Below, in pieces: positions 60,816 to 64,000 of a stretch of DNA of 64,000 bases. The notes beneath the pieces are model-generated. The model did no database searches, was not told the origin of the DNA, and saw only the letters and a list, made by a program, of their open reading frames with translations. This DNA is from Eledone cirrhosa (lineage: Eukaryota). Location: contig OZ024751.1 of assembly GCA_964016885.1 (NCBI GenBank), forward strand, positions 13,702,001-13,766,000, in the 5' to 3' direction. Position numbers and translations under genes: made by a program. Each line of letters starts with the position of its first letter. The stretch's first letter is position 1.

Positions 60816-62140
60816 GTAACAACGACAATGATTATGATGATGATGATGACGGCGATGATGATGATGATTGCAATAACAATGATGGTGACGGCAATGAAGA
60901 CGATCAAGATGGTGGTGGTGGTGGTGGTGGTGGTGAAGACAAAAATGGTGATGATGATGATGGCGACAATTATGATGATGAAAGCAATGACAATGATGGT
61001 GTTGAAGGTGATGATGACAATGATGATGATGATGATGATGATGACAATGATGATGATGATGACAATGATGATGGTCATGACAATGATGGTGATGATGATG
61101 ACAATGATGATGATGATGACAATGATGATGGTGATGACAATGATGGTGATGATGACAATGATGGTGATGATGACAATGATGGTGATGATGATGACAATGA
61201 TGATGGTGATGACAATGATGGTGATGATGATGACAATGATGATGGTGATGACAATGATGGTGATGATGACAATGATGGTGATGATGACAATGATGGTGAT
61301 GATGATGACAATGATGATGGTGATGACAATGATGGTGATGATGATGACAATGATGATGGTGATGACAATGATGGTGATGATGACAATGATGGTGATGATG
61401 ACAATGATGGTGATGATGACAATGATGGTGATGATGATGACAATGATGGTGATGATGACAATGATGATGATGACAATGACAATGATGATGATGACAATGA
61501 TGGTGATGATGATGACAATGATGGTAATGATGACAATGATGATGGTGATGATGGTGATGGTGATGACAATGATGATGGTGATGATGATGGTGAACACGAT
61601 GATGAATGAGTGACTGAGAGGATGAAAGCAATGACAATGATGGTGATGATGATGGTGATGATGATGGTGATGATGATGGAGATAAAAGATGATGACAATG
61701 ATGCCAATGAGGATGATGATGACAATGGTGATGATGATGGTGATGGTGATGATGATGATGGTGATGGTGATGACGATGGTGAAGATGATGATGGTGATGG
61801 TAATGATGACAATGGTGATGGTGATGATGATGGTGATGGTGTTGATGATGGTGATGGTGATGGTGATGCTGATGATGATGATGATGGTGAAGGTGATGGT
61901 GCTGATGATGGTGATGGTGTTGATGATGCTGATGATGATGACAATGGTGATGGTGATGATGATGATGGTGATGGTGATGATGATGACAATGGTGATGGTG
62001 ATGATGATGATGATGGTGGTGATGATGGTGATGGTGATGACGATGGTGATGATGGTGATGATGGTGATGATGATGGTGATGATGGTGATGATGGTGATGA
62101 TGATGGTGAATGGGTGACTGAGAGGATGAAAGCAATGTCT
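60780..62140. repeat. (GAT/GGT/GAC)n expansion of 1.35 kb continuing the RTE tail
   Basis: Seen directly. Confidence 0.95.
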
Positions 62141-62268
62141 GTATAAATAGTTAATAGAATAAATATCGTTTATAAATGAGTCTGTTACAGTTGTTATAAT
62201 AGCAACAGGTATATATTACAGTGATAGAAACAGCAGGGATTGAGAGGGTCTCAATTACACATACATGC

Positions 62269-62347
<79 letters not shown>

Positions 62348-62419
62348 CATATGTAAGTGGGACAAAACGGTCCAACCCATGCTAGCTTGGCAGATGGGCA
62401 TTAATCGATGATGATGCTG

Positions 62420-62590
62420 AGAGGGTTGGACGCCATGCTTTGCAGCGAAGAGTTACGGCCCTTTATGGTCTGAGTTCAAATCTTGCCGAGGTTAACTTTG
62501 CCTTTCATCCTTATGGGGTCGATATAATAAAGTACCAGTAATACCCTAGGTTAATTGCTGGCCTTGTGCCAAAAGTAGAAATAATTATTA
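62420..62590 (+). mobile_element. SINE family A
   Basis: Consensus match. Confidence 0.85.
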
Positions 62591-62718
62591 GTACAAATCT
62601 GTACTAATAATAAATATTCGCTCTAAGGGGTTTATATATACTTATATATATATACAAGTCCCCTTCATTATAGAGTCCCCTTCAGATTTTGTTCTTTATA
62701 TTTATATTACATTTATAT

Positions 62719-62771
<53 letters not shown>

Positions 62772-62914
62772 TTAAATATATATATATATATATATATATA
62801 TTTAAATATATATATATATATATATATATTTAAATATATATATATATATATATATATTTAAATATATATATATATATATATATATTTAAATATATATATA
62901 TATATATATATATT

Positions 62915-62964
<50 letters not shown>

Positions 62965-63008
62965 TATATATATATAACATCATGTTTAATATAGAAATGG
63001 CTTCTACA

Positions 63009-63056
<48 letters not shown>

Positions 63057-63207
63057 CAGCCATATACATATATGTATATATATATATATATGTACATATA
63101 CATATATATATATATCTATATATATATATATATATATATCCATATACATATATATATATATCCATATACATATATATATATATCCATATACATATATATA
63201 TATATCC

Positions 63208-63238
<31 letters not shown>

Positions 63239-63351
63239 GCCATATACATACATATAGCCATATACATATATATATATACATATAGCCATATACATATATA
63301 TATATATATACATATAGCCATATACATATATATATATATATACATATAGCC

Positions 63352-63408
<57 letters not shown>

Positions 63409-63662
63409 GCCATATACATATATACATATATATACATATAGCCATATACATATATATATATATATACATATAGCCATATACATATATATATATTTTTAGA
63501 ATTTGGATTTAATGCTCTGAAATAGCGATATATATGTGAAGACAAACATAGAATATTCGAAAATATTCTGTATGTTTATAATAAACATTTTGAAGACCCA
63601 ATCGCTATAGAATAGAATACGTCACGTATTACAATTTGAGATTCTCGATAAAAGTAAGGGAA

Positions 63663-63705
63663 GTAATCTACGCGTTTCATTCTTGTTAGAAATCTTCAGG
63701 ATTAC
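63663..63705 (-). ncRNA. Minimal type I hammerhead ribozyme (family H2)
   Basis: Reverse complement of 63895-63937. Confidence 0.85.
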
Positions 63706-63894
63706 ATATCCAATACTTTTATCGAGAACGACACAGCTAGAGACTTATAGAATACTTAGCTGTGTACAGGAACTGGTTTGATAGAGCGGTAGCCGGTCCG
63801 GCAGAAATTAGAATTTGGATTTAATGCTCTGAAATAGCGATATATATGTGAAGACAAACATAGCTGTGTCGTTCTCGATAAAAGTATTGGATAT

Positions 63895-63937
63895 GTAATC
63901 CTGAAGATTTCTAACAAGAATGAAACGCGTAGATTAC
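63895..63937 (+). ncRNA. Minimal type I hammerhead ribozyme (family H2)
   Basis: gtaatc-CTGAAGA-tttct aaca agaat-GAAAC-GC-GTA-gattac; perfect 6-bp stem I. Confidence 0.85.
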
Positions 63938-64000
63938 TTCCCTTACTTTTATCGAGAATCTCAAATTGTAATACGTGACGTATTCTATTCTATAGCGATT

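Noticed and set aside
60744-62146. Poly-His, poly-Asp and poly-Met ORFs (also poly-Val/Gly/Thr at 19828, 53172, 55893)
   Set aside because: Trinucleotide microsatellites.

Overview
This is repeat-saturated, AT-rich eukaryotic DNA. The SINE, LINE and microsatellite make-up suggests a coleoid cephalopod such as Octopus (inference). Nearly all long ORFs in the track are artefacts of micro- and minisatellites. Real content: two tRNA-derived SINE families (about 20 copies), fragments of RTE, CR1, restriction-endonuclease-type and Penelope (GIY-YIG) retroelements, a probable Helitron, MITEs and at least seven minisatellite arrays. Three things stand out. (1) About 10 minimal type I hammerhead ribozyme motifs sit in short, mostly (TA)n-flanked cassettes, often as head-to-head palindromes. 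(2) Small unique islands between the repeats can be spliced by eye into a phase-consistent + strand chain of about 20 very small exons encoding an unrecognised protein; this is tentative. (3) An inverted intronic copy of a 24-nt microexon would pair with it leaving only G-U wobbles and two A-C mismatches, the geometry expected of an ADAR editing-complementary sequence. All coordinates were read by eye and repeat boundaries are approximate.
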